Notes: generated by a model not told the origin, from the sequence alone. A stretch of 64,000 nucleotides of DNA from an uncultured Verrucomicrobiae bacterium (GCA_963719495.1 CAVRCI010000013.1:288001-352000), one strand, 5' to 3'; positions 21,624-31,195 are shown, counted from the stretch's first letter. Numbers and translations are program-made.

Positions 21624-22543
21624 GGTTTACTGAGCGCATTGGCAAGCGTTCGCCAATTTCCGGCGTGCAACAGCGCAGCCACGTCTTTCAACGTCAGCGT
21701 TGTCGCCCGCCGCAATTCGCGGGCAATCTCGATCTTCAAAGGCAAGCCTTTCGGAAGATCGGACAACTCCTTCTCATCGACTCCGGCAAGCAAAAGCCTC
21801 TCGTGAAGAATCTGCGTTGCTCGCCCAGTCATTGACTGACGAACCGCCTCGGGCTCCTGGCGGTCGCGTACCGCAGGAGTCATCCGGTCTCGCAGACGGT
21901 CCAAGAAATCCTCACCTCCAAGCCACCAACCCCGTCGGATTTTCGAATCAGCGTCCGTATGGACGGGATCCAACCGCCGATCCTCCATGCGCCGCGAGAA
22001 TTCCCTCCTCCCGCGGGCGTCATCCGATTGAATCCCGTGCTCGCCCAAGAGCCGGTCGACCCTCAACCACGGGATTCGCTTGCCGGATGTCGCGAGATAA
22101 CTCGGGTAACTGCTCCACGTAAACGTTTCAAGGCGGGAGGCCTCCGGCACCAAACCGGCGCGTAATGGGTTGAGGTGAACGTAGTCGCAGACCGTCCGAA
22201 GGTAGGCGTCATTGGATTCATCCACGTTCAGCGCCTTGTATCGCCCCGCAAAGAGGTGACCTCTCACCCGGTGACGCGCATTGAAGCGCTGAGTGTAGGT
22301 CCCCAACATCCACTTCATCCCTGCAACCAACGTCGGCGACGGCGTTTCCACGACCAAATGGAAATGGTTCCGCATCAAGCAGTAGGCATGAACCTGCCAG
22401 TCCGTCTTCCCGCACGCCTCACCAAGTGTCTCGAGGAACAGGTGCCGATCCTCATCACCGAGGAAAACGTCGCTCGTTCCATTTCCACGATTCATCACGT
22501 GGTAAATCGCTCCTGAATACTCGATCCTCAACGCTCTCGGCAT
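21608..22543 (-). CDS. REP-associated tyrosine transposase (RAYT, Y1/HUH) with C-terminal helical extension
   Basis: MPRALRI...YHVMNRG, AYCLMRNHFHL (HUH), GHLFAGRYK, YVHLNP, WSSY. Confidence 0.92.
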   Translation of the reverse strand: MPRALRIEYSGAIYHVMNRGNGTSDVFLGDEDRHLFLETLGEACGKTDWQVHAYCLMRNHFHLVVETPSPTLVAGMKWMLGTYTQRFNARHRVRGHLFAGRYKALNVDESNDAYLRTVCDYVHLNPLRAGLVPEASRLETFTWSSYPSYLATSGKRIPWLRVDRLLGEHGIQSDDARGRREFSRRMEDRRLDPVHTDADSKIRRGWWLGGEDFLDRLRDRMTPAVRDRQEPEAVRQSMTGRATQILHERLLLAGVDEKELSDLPKGLPLKIEIARELRRATTLTLKDVAALLHAGNWRTLANALSKPNVSI

Positions 22544-22568
22544 CCTCCACCAATTTCAAAACCGATCG

Positions 22569-22595
22569 AATGTGTCAATATGAATGACCGACCCC
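22569..22595 (-). repeat. Inverted copy of the RAYT-associated repeat
   Basis: AATGTGTCAATATGAATGACCGACCCC is the perfect 27-bp reverse complement of 21596-21622. Confidence 0.92.
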
Positions 22596-22751
22596 TTTCC
22601 GCGTTTCATCCAATGAGTTGAGAATTCGAGGCTGATACCGTAGCTTGGTAAGAGCGATTGGCATTCGCGATTCGATGGACAATTGGGCTGAGCAATCAAA
22701 TAATACTCGCCATTTTTTCTTTGAAGGGTATCAGTTCGCCCAACATCAAAC

Positions 22752-22961
22752 ATGACAATATCCAAATTCAATCTCCCCATGAATTCGATAACACTTGATA
22801 ATTCCACCACAGCCGCTGGCGCTGTTGCCTACGGGGAATTGGAATGCGCAAATATCGGATCTTTCAAGTTCGGTGAGTTCATTTCCGAACTTGAAGATTT
22901 TGTCCCTACAGTTTCGAGCGACTCAAGCAACCACAGGTTCACACAGAGAGATCGAGCATAA
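22752..22961 (+). CDS. Hypothetical small protein (69 aa), possibly co-transcribed with the protease
   Basis: Ends 3 bp before the protease start, in the same lower-GC segment. Confidence 0.4.
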   Translation: MTISKFNLPMNSITLDNSTTAAGAVAYGELECANIGSFKFGEFISELEDFVPTVSSDSSNHRFTQRDRA

Positions 22962-22964
22962 TCA

Positions 22965-23867
22965 GTGGCGACTTGGTCTGATATTCTTGCCGAAGTCACG
23001 GCAAGCGGTGATTTCGACGCCGTCCGGAGAAAACATCTCCAACGCCTCCATACGGTCACTGATCGAAATGTAATTGCCTACTATTCCGGCTGGCTCCAAA
23101 AGCCGGGTTTGCGGGCCAGTGACTTCAGCATCACTGACGCCGTCATGACCGGTTTCATGACAGCGGTGCATGGCCTCGATCGCTCCAAAGGCTTGGATCT
23201 CATACTTCACACTCCAGGTGGAGAGATCAATGCAACCGAAGCTTTGGTAACTTATTTGCGTTATGCATTTGGTGGGGATATTCGCGCACTAGTTCCCCAC
23301 CAAGCCATGTCGGCTGGAACCATGATCGCTCTAGCGTGCAAGACTGTTTGTATGGGAATGCATTCCAGTTTGGGACCAATTGATCCACAAGTCGGCGGCG
23401 CACAGCCCGCACCGGCTCATGGAATAATTGAGGAGTTCAATAAGGCGGAAGAAGCCTTCAAGAATAACCCTCAAGAGGCTCAAGTGTGGATTCCAATTCT
23501 TCAAAAGTACACGCCAACCTTGCTTGGTAAATGTGAGCGAGCGGTAGAAATGGCCGAAAAGATCGTGGGCGACTGGCTAGTCACCGGGATGTTCAAGGAT
23601 GACGAAAACCGAGAAGCGGTTCGGGATGCAATACTCGGAGAATTGGGCTCTCACAAAAGGAGTCTCGATCATTCTCGCCACTACAGCTTCGAAAAGGTCA
23701 GAGAATTGGGTATTTGCGTCGAGCGACTCGAAGACAACCAAGATTTGCAGGATGCTCTATTGTCGGTTCACCACGCATTCACCGTTACCCTCAGTAGCAC
23801 AGGCGCAACTTCGATCATCGAAAATCACGTGGGTGCTGCATACCTGAACCACGTGACTGTCAAATAG
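22965..23867 (+). CDS. ClpP-fold serine protease (SDH/S49-like family)
   Basis: LDLILHTPGG, AMSAGTMIAL (catalytic Ser), LGPIDPQ, HSRH; GC visibly lower than host genes. Confidence 0.88.
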   Translation: MATWSDILAEVTASGDFDAVRRKHLQRLHTVTDRNVIAYYSGWLQKPGLRASDFSITDAVMTGFMTAVHGLDRSKGLDLILHTPGGEINATEALVTYLRYAFGGDIRALVPHQAMSAGTMIALACKTVCMGMHSSLGPIDPQVGGAQPAPAHGIIEEFNKAEEAFKNNPQEAQVWIPILQKYTPTLLGKCERAVEMAEKIVGDWLVTGMFKDDENREAVRDAILGELGSHKRSLDHSRHYSFEKVRELGICVERLEDNQDLQDALLSVHHAFTVTLSSTGATSIIENHVGAAYLNHVTVK

Positions 23868-23925
23868 CGTCCTTCAATTGGCGTGGTAGGATGTGCGGCC
23901 GCTACATCAACAAGCTGACCGAGGA

Positions 23926-24030
23926 GGGGTCGGTCATTCATATGGGCATATCGGGAGGCTTGATCTGTGATCCATTGCGGGGTAAATGTGTCAATATGAA
24001 TGACCGACCCCTTTCTGACCGACCCCTTTC
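23926..24030. repeat. REPIN-like doublet of the RAYT-associated repeat (forward 23926-23951, inverted 23984-24011) with 15-bp tandem duplication TGACCGACCCCTTTC x2
   Basis: Direct reading. Confidence 0.9.
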
Positions 24031-25254
24031 CGTTTTGGTTTCTCGGTGAGTCTCTCGGGGAACGCTGGGTTGATTGGTGCCTACGGGAACAACGACAGCG
24101 GCAGTTTTAGCGGGTCAGCATATGTGTTTCGCCATTTGGACACTGCGGACGGAGTGGTCACGGAAGACGCCAAACTCACCGCATCCGATGCGGCGGCCGG
24201 CGATCTGTTCGGCATTTCGGCAAGCCTGGCAGGGAGTATCGGCTTGGTCGGGGCTTACGGCGATGATGATGCCGGCAGCTTAAGCGGTTCGGCGTATGTC
24301 TTTCGAAATCTGGACATGGCAGGGGGAGCGGTCACGGAAAGTGTCAAACTCACCGCCTCGGACGCCGCGACGGAAGACCGATTTGGTCAGTCGGTGAGCG
24401 TGTCCGGGACCATTGGGCTCGTTGGGGCCTACTATGACGATGACGGCGGAAACAATAGCGGGTCGGCCTATTTGTTTTGCAATCTGGACAACGCGAGTGG
24501 GACGGTAATCGAGGATATCAAACTCACGGCATCGGACGGTAGCGAGAACGATCAGTTCGGCGTTTCGGTGAGCCTCGATGGCGATCAATTCGTCATCGGC
24601 ACCGTCGCCGATTCCGGCAAGGCCTACACGGGCAGCGTCAGCTCGGTAACGACGTTGGACGCGGGTGGGGCGAGCCGGGTGGTCGACGGGATCAGCTTCG
24701 CTTCAAGGACGGATTGGGTGATCGGCGAGACGACGGACTCGAATACGGTGACGCTCACGAGCGGGGACACGGCGAACGTGGTGTCGCTGGGGATGGGAGT
24801 CTACGTCGGCAAGGACGCGGGGTCGGATTTCAACACGCTCGTGATCGCGGGGACGTTCGAGGCGACGGAGGTGTTCATCGGGTCGGTGGACGGGAACGAA
24901 GGGAACACGCTGCGGCTGGAGAGCACGGCGGCTTTCACGATCGGCGACTTCCGGCTGGCACCCGGCAGCTTCCTTGCGGTCGCGGGGGATGTGACGGACT
25001 CGGGGGACTTCTTCGCGTATCTCGGGGCGGCGGAGTTATCGGTGTGGGACGGGGCGATGTGGCAGACGGTGACGGCGGGGAACTACGGCGACGTGCTGGA
25101 CGCGTCGTTCGCGGGTGGGTTCAGCAGTTTCTCGTCGGTGACGGCGGTGCCGGAGCCGGCGGAATACGCGGTGGCGGTGCTCGTGGCACTCGGGCTGGTG
25201 ATCGTGATGCGGCGGCGGCGCGGCGGGCCGTGGCATTGGGCTTCCAGGCGATGA
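24031..25254 (+). pseudogene. 5'-truncated FG-GAP repeat protein with PEP-CTERM sorting signal
   Basis: Repeated FG.SVS..G...VGAY.DD.G..SGSAY units; VPEP-TM-RRRR tail; the frame begins mid-repeat (RFGFSVSLSG) right at the repeat junction with no signal peptide. Confidence 0.75.
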
Positions 25255-25359
25255 CCCAGTCTTCGGCGGTTGCGGTGGGTGCATCCGGTCACCGCCTTCG
25301 GCGATCAGGTTGGTGATCGGCTGGAAGCCGATGCTACGGAGGGAGCCTGCCCCCGCCTT

Positions 25360-26622
25360 CAGGGCCGACGCATCAAAAAAGATCGCGATGGAGGAAGTTT
25401 GGGCTGGTACTATATTTTCCCGTGCGTAGATGGAGGAGATGCCCGAAACGCATCCCATCCAAAAAAGCCTGATCGAAGAGTTCAAACGCATAGAAGATCC
25501 GCGAGTATCGCGCACTCGCTACCATGAGTTGAGCGACATTCTAGTGATCGCGATCTCGACGCTTTTGTGCGCGGGCACGTCTTTCTACGACATGGAAGAG
25601 TTCGGTCGGGCCAAGGAAAAATGGTTCCGAACGTTTCTGAAGTTGCCCAACGGCATCCCCAGCCACGACACGTTCAATCGCGTGTTTTCGCTGATCAATC
25701 CGGCGAGTTTTCACGAGTGCTTCATGAGGTGGACGCAGAGCGTGCGCGAACACATCGACCGGGAAATCGTCGCCGTCGACGGCAAAGCCCTCCGCGCAGC
25801 CTGCCAGGACGGCGGGAATGTGCGCTTCATCGTCAATGCTTGGGCAACCAGCAATCGACTTGTCCTGGGGCAGCTCGAAGTGCCCGACAAAACCAACGAA
25901 ATCACGGCGGTTCCCACGCTGCTGCGAGCGTTGGAACTGCGTGGCTGCATCGTGAGCACCGACGCGATGGGGTGCCAGAAAGAGATCGCCCGAGAAATCA
26001 TCGAGGCCGACGCCGATTACGTTCTCGCTCTCAAAGGCAATCACCAAACCGTCCATGAGGAAGTCAAAAGCTTCCTCGATGCCGAATTTGATCGCGAGCT
26101 CCAGAGCCCTCCAGTGCCCAAACCATCCACGAAGAAACCACCAAGCGCTCCCACTTTCGCATTCCTGGAAACCGTCGACAAAGGCCACGGGCGCTTGGAA
26201 ATCCGGCGCTATTTCCAAAGCGTCGCCATCGACTGGTTCGCAGACATCAGCCAATGGGAAGGGCTGCAGAGCGTCGGAATGGTCGAATCCAGCCGCGAAA
26301 TCAAAGGTCAAATCAGCGTGGAAAGACGCTACTTCCTGAGCAGCCTGCCCCTCGACGTCGGACTTTTCGCTCAAGCCGTCCGTGGACATTGGGGCGTGGA
26401 AAACTCCTGCCACTGGGTCTTGGACGTCATCCTGCGCGAAGATGGTTCCCGCGCTCGAACCGCTCACGCCGCCGAGAATCTCGCCACCCTGCGCCGCCTC
26501 GCCCTAAACCTGCTCTCTCGCGAAAAGTCCAAAAAACGCAGCATCAAGACCAAACAACTCGTCGCAGCCTGGGATCACGACTTCCTCCTGCACCTCCTCA
26601 ATTTTTAGATGCGTCGGCCCTG
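25360..26622 (+). mobile_element. ISAs1-family insertion sequence
   Basis: Terminal IRs CAGGGCCGACGCATC / GATGCGTCGGCCCTG; 10-bp target duplication CCCCCGCCTT at 25350-25359 and 26623-26632. Confidence 0.95.
25430..26608 (+). CDS. ISAs1-family transposase
   Basis: GIPSHDTF, VAVDGK, KTNEI, DAMGCQ, ALKGN, HWGVEN.HW.LDV...ED. Confidence 0.95.
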   Translation: MEEMPETHPIQKSLIEEFKRIEDPRVSRTRYHELSDILVIAISTLLCAGTSFYDMEEFGRAKEKWFRTFLKLPNGIPSHDTFNRVFSLINPASFHECFMRWTQSVREHIDREIVAVDGKALRAACQDGGNVRFIVNAWATSNRLVLGQLEVPDKTNEITAVPTLLRALELRGCIVSTDAMGCQKEIAREIIEADADYVLALKGNHQTVHEEVKSFLDAEFDRELQSPPVPKPSTKKPPSAPTFAFLETVDKGHGRLEIRRYFQSVAIDWFADISQWEGLQSVGMVESSREIKGQISVERRYFLSSLPLDVGLFAQAVRGHWGVENSCHWVLDVILREDGSRARTAHAAENLATLRRLALNLLSREKSKKRSIKTKQLVAAWDHDFLLHLLNF

Positions 26623-26683
26623 CCCCCGCCTTCCCTTGAGGTTGCCGGGTCGAAGTTGGCACGATATTGTGCTGGCGAAAAAT

Positions 26684-27559
26684 ATGGCGGAACACGAACG
26701 ATTTGGCCCGGCGGGCGGGGCCTTGCCAGCGGAGGATGTGCGGCGGGTGGTGCGGCTGCTCGGCGAGGTGAGCGCGCTGCGGGGCAGCGTGATCGAGCGG
26801 AAGCGGGCTCTGCTCGACGGAATGGCGGAGCTGGTCAACGCGGATTACGTGGCGTGGGTGCTGGCGGCGGCGACGGTCGCGGGGGAACAGCCGATCTACG
26901 TCGGCTTCGAAACGCGTGGGATTTCGGCGGATCAGATGACGAAATTCCTGCGCATCCAGGCGCATCCGGCGCTGGCGGCCTACTCGGAGACGTTGCTGAC
27001 GGCTCTACGGGAGACGGGAGCGCAGGTGACGGGGAACGTGCAGGACGCGTTCAATTACGAGGAGTTTCATCGCTCGGAGTGGGGCCAAATGTGGGAGGAA
27101 GCCGACATCCTGCCGCGCTGCATCGTCCATCGTCCGCTGGCCGGCGGGGGCGTGAGCGGGATCGGCTGCTACCGCCGTCGCGGAACGCCGCTATTTACCG
27201 AGCGGGAGCGGTTACTCGTGCATCTGCTGCTTTCCGAGATCTCGTGGCTGCACGAGATGGGTTGGCCGGAGGATCGGGGGGCGAAGGTGCCGGACCTGCC
27301 GCCGCGGTGCTGGCTGGTCCACGAAATGATGCTGCAGGGCATGAACCGCTCGCTCATTGCCGCTCGGCTCGGCATCTCGGAGCACACCGTCGGCGGATAC
27401 TCGAAGCAGATCTTCCGGAGTCTCGAAGTCAGCTCCCAGTCGGAATTGATGGCGCGTTTCTTCGTCAGGGCTCCGAATCCACCCGGAAAACGTCCGACTT
27501 GGCTCGGGTCTCGCGTGGAAGGTCGCGGCGATTCGGCCCCTGACCCCGAAGACGTTTGA
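26684..27559 (+). CDS. LuxR-type C-terminal HTH transcriptional regulator
   Basis: C-terminal IAARLGISEHTV..Y...IF..L.VSS.SEL; probable start ATG 26684. Confidence 0.8.
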   Translation: MAEHERFGPAGGALPAEDVRRVVRLLGEVSALRGSVIERKRALLDGMAELVNADYVAWVLAAATVAGEQPIYVGFETRGISADQMTKFLRIQAHPALAAYSETLLTALRETGAQVTGNVQDAFNYEEFHRSEWGQMWEEADILPRCIVHRPLAGGGVSGIGCYRRRGTPLFTERERLLVHLLLSEISWLHEMGWPEDRGAKVPDLPPRCWLVHEMMLQGMNRSLIAARLGISEHTVGGYSKQIFRSLEVSSQSELMARFFVRAPNPPGKRPTWLGSRVEGRGDSAPDPEDV

Positions 27560-27628
27560 CTCTCGGGTTCTTTTCCCGAACCTGTCTGCCGTCGGTCCCC
27601 CCAGCGACGTTCACCGCTTCGCTTCGCT

Positions 27629-29257
27629 ATGGGATTTAAACTCGAGACTCACCGCATCTCCCTGCTCGTTGGCCTGGCCCTGATCGGGTTCCCGGGGGGC
27701 GTTGCCGCCTCCGACGCTTCGCCGACACCCGCCCCGGCCGAGGCGGCGTCGACGCCGAATCTGGCCACGCCCCTCGTCGAGACCGCGCTCGCCGCTCCCA
27801 ACACCGCGGAGCTCGCCCGGGACGGCATCGTCCACGTCGAGCAACTGATCATGGACGCCGCCCGTGGCGCTTCCGAAGATTTCCTGCCGACCGCGGCGAA
27901 CAAGACCCTCACCACGCCCTTCGCCGACGGTCTCACGCCGCTGCGCATCCTCGTCTCGCTCGGCATCCTGGCCGCGGTCGTCGCCATTCGGTTTCTCCTG
28001 CACGCGCTCTTCCGCCGCTACCTTCGCCGGCACGACCCCTCGAAGCCGCGGCCACCGGTCAACATCGCGGTGCGGGCGCTGCACCGTCCGGTCTTGCTCG
28101 CGCTCTGGTCCTACGGTCTCTACGCGGCCGCCTCCCCGCTGCTCGCCCCGATCCGCGACGGCAACGGTCAGCCGTTTCTCCTCGAAGGCGCTGGCGTGAT
28201 CGCGGACGTCATCGGCATCTGGGCGCTGTGCGGATTCGTCTTCCGCCTCGTCAATCTCATCCACGCCCGGGTTACGCACTGGGCGGCTCGCTCGAAGAAC
28301 CGCTTCGAACGCGTCCTCCTGCCGCTTGCCGCCAGCTACGCCCGCGTCCTCATCCCGATCGTCGCCATTCTGCTCACGCTGCCGGTCCTCAAGATCGCGC
28401 CGAGGTTCGAAAATCTCATCACAACCGCCGCGTCCCTCATCATCATCGGCGTCATCGTCTGGATTCTCATCCGCGCCACGAATGCCATCGAAGACCTCAT
28501 CCTCGCCGGTTACAAAATGGACGAGGCCGACAACCTCAAAGCCCGCCGCGTCTACACCCAGGTTCACGTCCTCAAAAAGGTGGTCATCACGGGCCTCGTC
28601 CTTCTCGGCCTTGCGTCGATGCTGATGGTCTTCCCCTCGGTCCGCCAATTCGGCACCAGCATCCTGGCCTCCGCCGGCATCGCGGGCATCATTCTCGGCA
28701 TCGCCGCCCAGAAGAGCCTGGCAAATTTCATCGCCGGCTTCCAGATCGCCATCACCCAGCCGATCCGCATCGAGGATGCCGTCGTCGTCGAAGGCGAGTG
28801 GGGCTGGATCGAGGAGGTCACGCTGTCCTACGTCGTTGTCCGCATCTGGGATTGGCGGCGACTCGTTCTGCCGATCACGTATTTCGTCGAAAAGCCGTTC
28901 CAAAACTGGACCCGCACCTCCGGTAACATTCTGGGATCGGTCTTTCTCTACGTCGACTACTCGATCCCACTCGACGCCCTCCGCGTGGAACTCGACAAAA
29001 TTCTCGACGCCACCGACCTCTGGGACCGCCGCGCGAAGGTCCTGCAGGTGACCGATTCACGCGAACACGACATCGAACTCCGCATCCTCTGCAGCGGCAA
29101 GGACAGCCCGACCACGTGGGATCTCCGCTGTCACGTCCGCGAAAAACTCATCGAGTTCATCCGCGAAAACTACCCCGACAGCCTGCCGAGGGTCCGCGCC
29201 CAATTCGAAAAATCCCCCAACGGCGAAGGGTCCCGCGGCGCTCTAGGCGAAGCGTAA
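27629..29257 (+). CDS. Small-conductance mechanosensitive channel (MscS family)
   Basis: ASAGIAGIILGIAAQ, QPIRIED.V..EGEWG.IEE, PFQNW. Confidence 0.92.
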   Translation: MGFKLETHRISLLVGLALIGFPGGVAASDASPTPAPAEAASTPNLATPLVETALAAPNTAELARDGIVHVEQLIMDAARGASEDFLPTAANKTLTTPFADGLTPLRILVSLGILAAVVAIRFLLHALFRRYLRRHDPSKPRPPVNIAVRALHRPVLLALWSYGLYAAASPLLAPIRDGNGQPFLLEGAGVIADVIGIWALCGFVFRLVNLIHARVTHWAARSKNRFERVLLPLAASYARVLIPIVAILLTLPVLKIAPRFENLITTAASLIIIGVIVWILIRATNAIEDLILAGYKMDEADNLKARRVYTQVHVLKKVVITGLVLLGLASMLMVFPSVRQFGTSILASAGIAGIILGIAAQKSLANFIAGFQIAITQPIRIEDAVVVEGEWGWIEEVTLSYVVVRIWDWRRLVLPITYFVEKPFQNWTRTSGNILGSVFLYVDYSIPLDALRVELDKILDATDLWDRRAKVLQVTDSREHDIELRILCSGKDSPTTWDLRCHVREKLIEFIRENYPDSLPRVRAQFEKSPNGEGSRGALGEA

Positions 29258-29363
29258 GCGAGCAAATCCAAAGCCGGAGGGCGAGGCTCCCGCCGAGCCG
29301 TGACCGCATTGAACCGTCGTCGAGCGAGAGGTCGGTCGGTCGTCTACCGCCGGACGAAAAAGC

Positions 29364-29888
29364 TCACTCGCCCCTGACCGCATTCTCCATCGCCGCGCGG
29401 TAGGCCGCGCCGGCTTCCTTGCGTTCGGCCGGCGTCTTCGCCCGGTCCAGCGCCTCCCTGGCGGCGACGACTTCGGGTTCATCCTTCACCGCCTCGCGCT
29501 TGGCGAGCAGCTCTTTCCGCTGCTCGGGCTGCAACCCGGCGATGCCGTCGGGCTGCCGTTTGGTCTCGTTCCCGAGTTTCGCATTCGGCATCTCGGCCCG
29601 GATCGCCACTTCCAAACCGGGATCGATCTCGAACATCGATTTGCGAACCCGCTCGCGGAGCTCGGCGACTTCCAGCGCGATTTTCTCGCGCGCTTCGCGA
29701 ATGCCGGGTTCTGCCATCGCCTTTTTCTGGGCGGCCTCGACCCGTTCGCGGAGCCCGTCGGGCAGCTTTTTGAAGGGGCCACCGGTCAGGGGCGGGCGAC
29801 CATCCAACAAGCTCGGAGGAGGCTGCGGCTTGGCGTAAGCGGTGGTGGCGCAGAGGAGAACGAGGGCGATGCGGAGGGTGGACTTCAT
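29364..29888 (-). CDS. Hypothetical secreted helical protein
   Basis: Signal peptide from ATG 29888 (MKSTLRIALVLLCATTAYA). Confidence 0.6.
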   Translation of the reverse strand: MKSTLRIALVLLCATTAYAKPQPPPSLLDGRPPLTGGPFKKLPDGLRERVEAAQKKAMAEPGIREAREKIALEVAELRERVRKSMFEIDPGLEVAIRAEMPNAKLGNETKRQPDGIAGLQPEQRKELLAKREAVKDEPEVVAAREALDRAKTPAERKEAGAAYRAAMENAVRGE

Positions 29889-29947
29889 GGCGGATTCAAC
29901 CTCGGGCGGACGATGGAGTTGCGTCCGACTTTTCCCGAGTTGGCGAA

Positions 29948-31180
29948 TCACTCGAGCTCGGCAGCCACCGCCGTTTTACCAAGCGCGGCGAGGAGGATCT
30001 CGCGGGCGAGCGGGGCGGCGATTCGAGCGCCGGATTTCGCGCCCTGCACCAGAACGACGACGGCGAACTTCGGGTCGTCGTAGGGAGCGAACGCCAGGAA
30101 CCACGTGTGGTTATCCTTCACCACCTTCCCGTCCGGAGTGCGCCGCAGATTCTGCGCCGTGCCGGTGCGTCCGGCGACCTCGATTCCCTCAATGCGGGCG
30201 CGGACACGGGGGCCCGAGCCATTGACCGTCTCCCACATGCCGCGCCGCACCTGCTCGAAGGCCTCGGCGGTGAGCTTGTCGTCGAGGAGGTTTTCGCCGG
30301 GCACGACCAGTTCCGTCGCCACCAAGCGCGGCGGACAAACCGTCCCGCCATTCGCGAGAGTGGCCGCGACGGCGGCCATCTGCAGGGGCGTCACGAGCAC
30401 GAAGCCCTGCCCGATCGACACATTCGCCGTGTAACCATCGCGCCACGTGTCGCGGGGATAGTTGATCGCCAACCACTCCGGCCCGGGGAGGATCCCAGCC
30501 GATTCGTCGGCGAGGGGGACACCGGTCATCCGCCCGAGGCCGAGACGTTCGCCGAACGAAACCAAAGCGTCGATTCCGGCGGCGTTCCCCCACTGAAAGA
30601 AGAACGGCCCGCACGAATCCGTGAGCGCCTTGGTCAGGGAAAGTCGTCCGTGCGTGCCTTTTCCGGAGATCCAACACTTCATGAACGTGTTTCCGTAGGT
30701 CACGCCGCCTTTGCAGCTGAATTCTTCCCCGTCGAGACCAGCCGCGAGACCCGCCAGACCGATGACCGGGAGGAAGGCCGCGCCGGGCGCGTAGGAATTG
30801 GTGGCTCGATTGAGCAGCGGGCTGTCCGACTCGTCGGCGAGGGCGTCGAGATCGGCGGCGTCCGGGTCGAAGGCCGGGACGGACGCCATCGCGAGGATGT
30901 CGCCGGTTGCGGGGTCGATGATGACCGCCGCTCCCCGTTCGACCGAACTCAGGATTCGTTCGACGGCTTCCTGAAGATCGGCGTCGAGGGTGAGTCGCGT
31001 CGAGCCGATGGAACGATCGAGCTGATGCAAAACGTGCGCCGCGAGCGGGCCGCGGGTGAAATTTCCTTCGGCGTCGACGAGGACCGCACCGTGTCGGTCC
31101 GTGATTTCGCCGGCCAGATCAGCCGCGAAGAGCGGGCCGGTCGTCGCACCGATGGAGAGCGCGACGATCAACGCATTCAT
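29948..31180 (-). CDS. PBP2/MrdA-like transpeptidase-domain protein with degenerate catalytic motifs
   Basis: LTLDADLQ, GDILAMAS.P.FDP, IGQG..VTPLQMA, H.WF.AFAPYDDP; SxxK reads AAFL, SxN reads SCG, KTG reads RTG. Confidence 0.85.
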   Translation of the reverse strand: MNALIVALSIGATTGPLFAADLAGEITDRHGAVLVDAEGNFTRGPLAAHVLHQLDRSIGSTRLTLDADLQEAVERILSSVERGAAVIIDPATGDILAMASVPAFDPDAADLDALADESDSPLLNRATNSYAPGAAFLPVIGLAGLAAGLDGEEFSCKGGVTYGNTFMKCWISGKGTHGRLSLTKALTDSCGPFFFQWGNAAGIDALVSFGERLGLGRMTGVPLADESAGILPGPEWLAINYPRDTWRDGYTANVSIGQGFVLVTPLQMAAVAATLANGGTVCPPRLVATELVVPGENLLDDKLTAEAFEQVRRGMWETVNGSGPRVRARIEGIEVAGRTGTAQNLRRTPDGKVVKDNHTWFLAFAPYDDPKFAVVVLVQGAKSGARIAAPLAREILLAALGKTAVAAELE

Positions 31181-31195
31181 TCCTGGGGAGCGCGG

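Noticed and set aside
21574..24030. Repeats as a CRISPR array or attC sites
   Set aside because: Mixed orientation, irregular kb-scale spacing, no cas or intI gene in the window, and no RYYYAAC/GTTRRRY boxes noticed.
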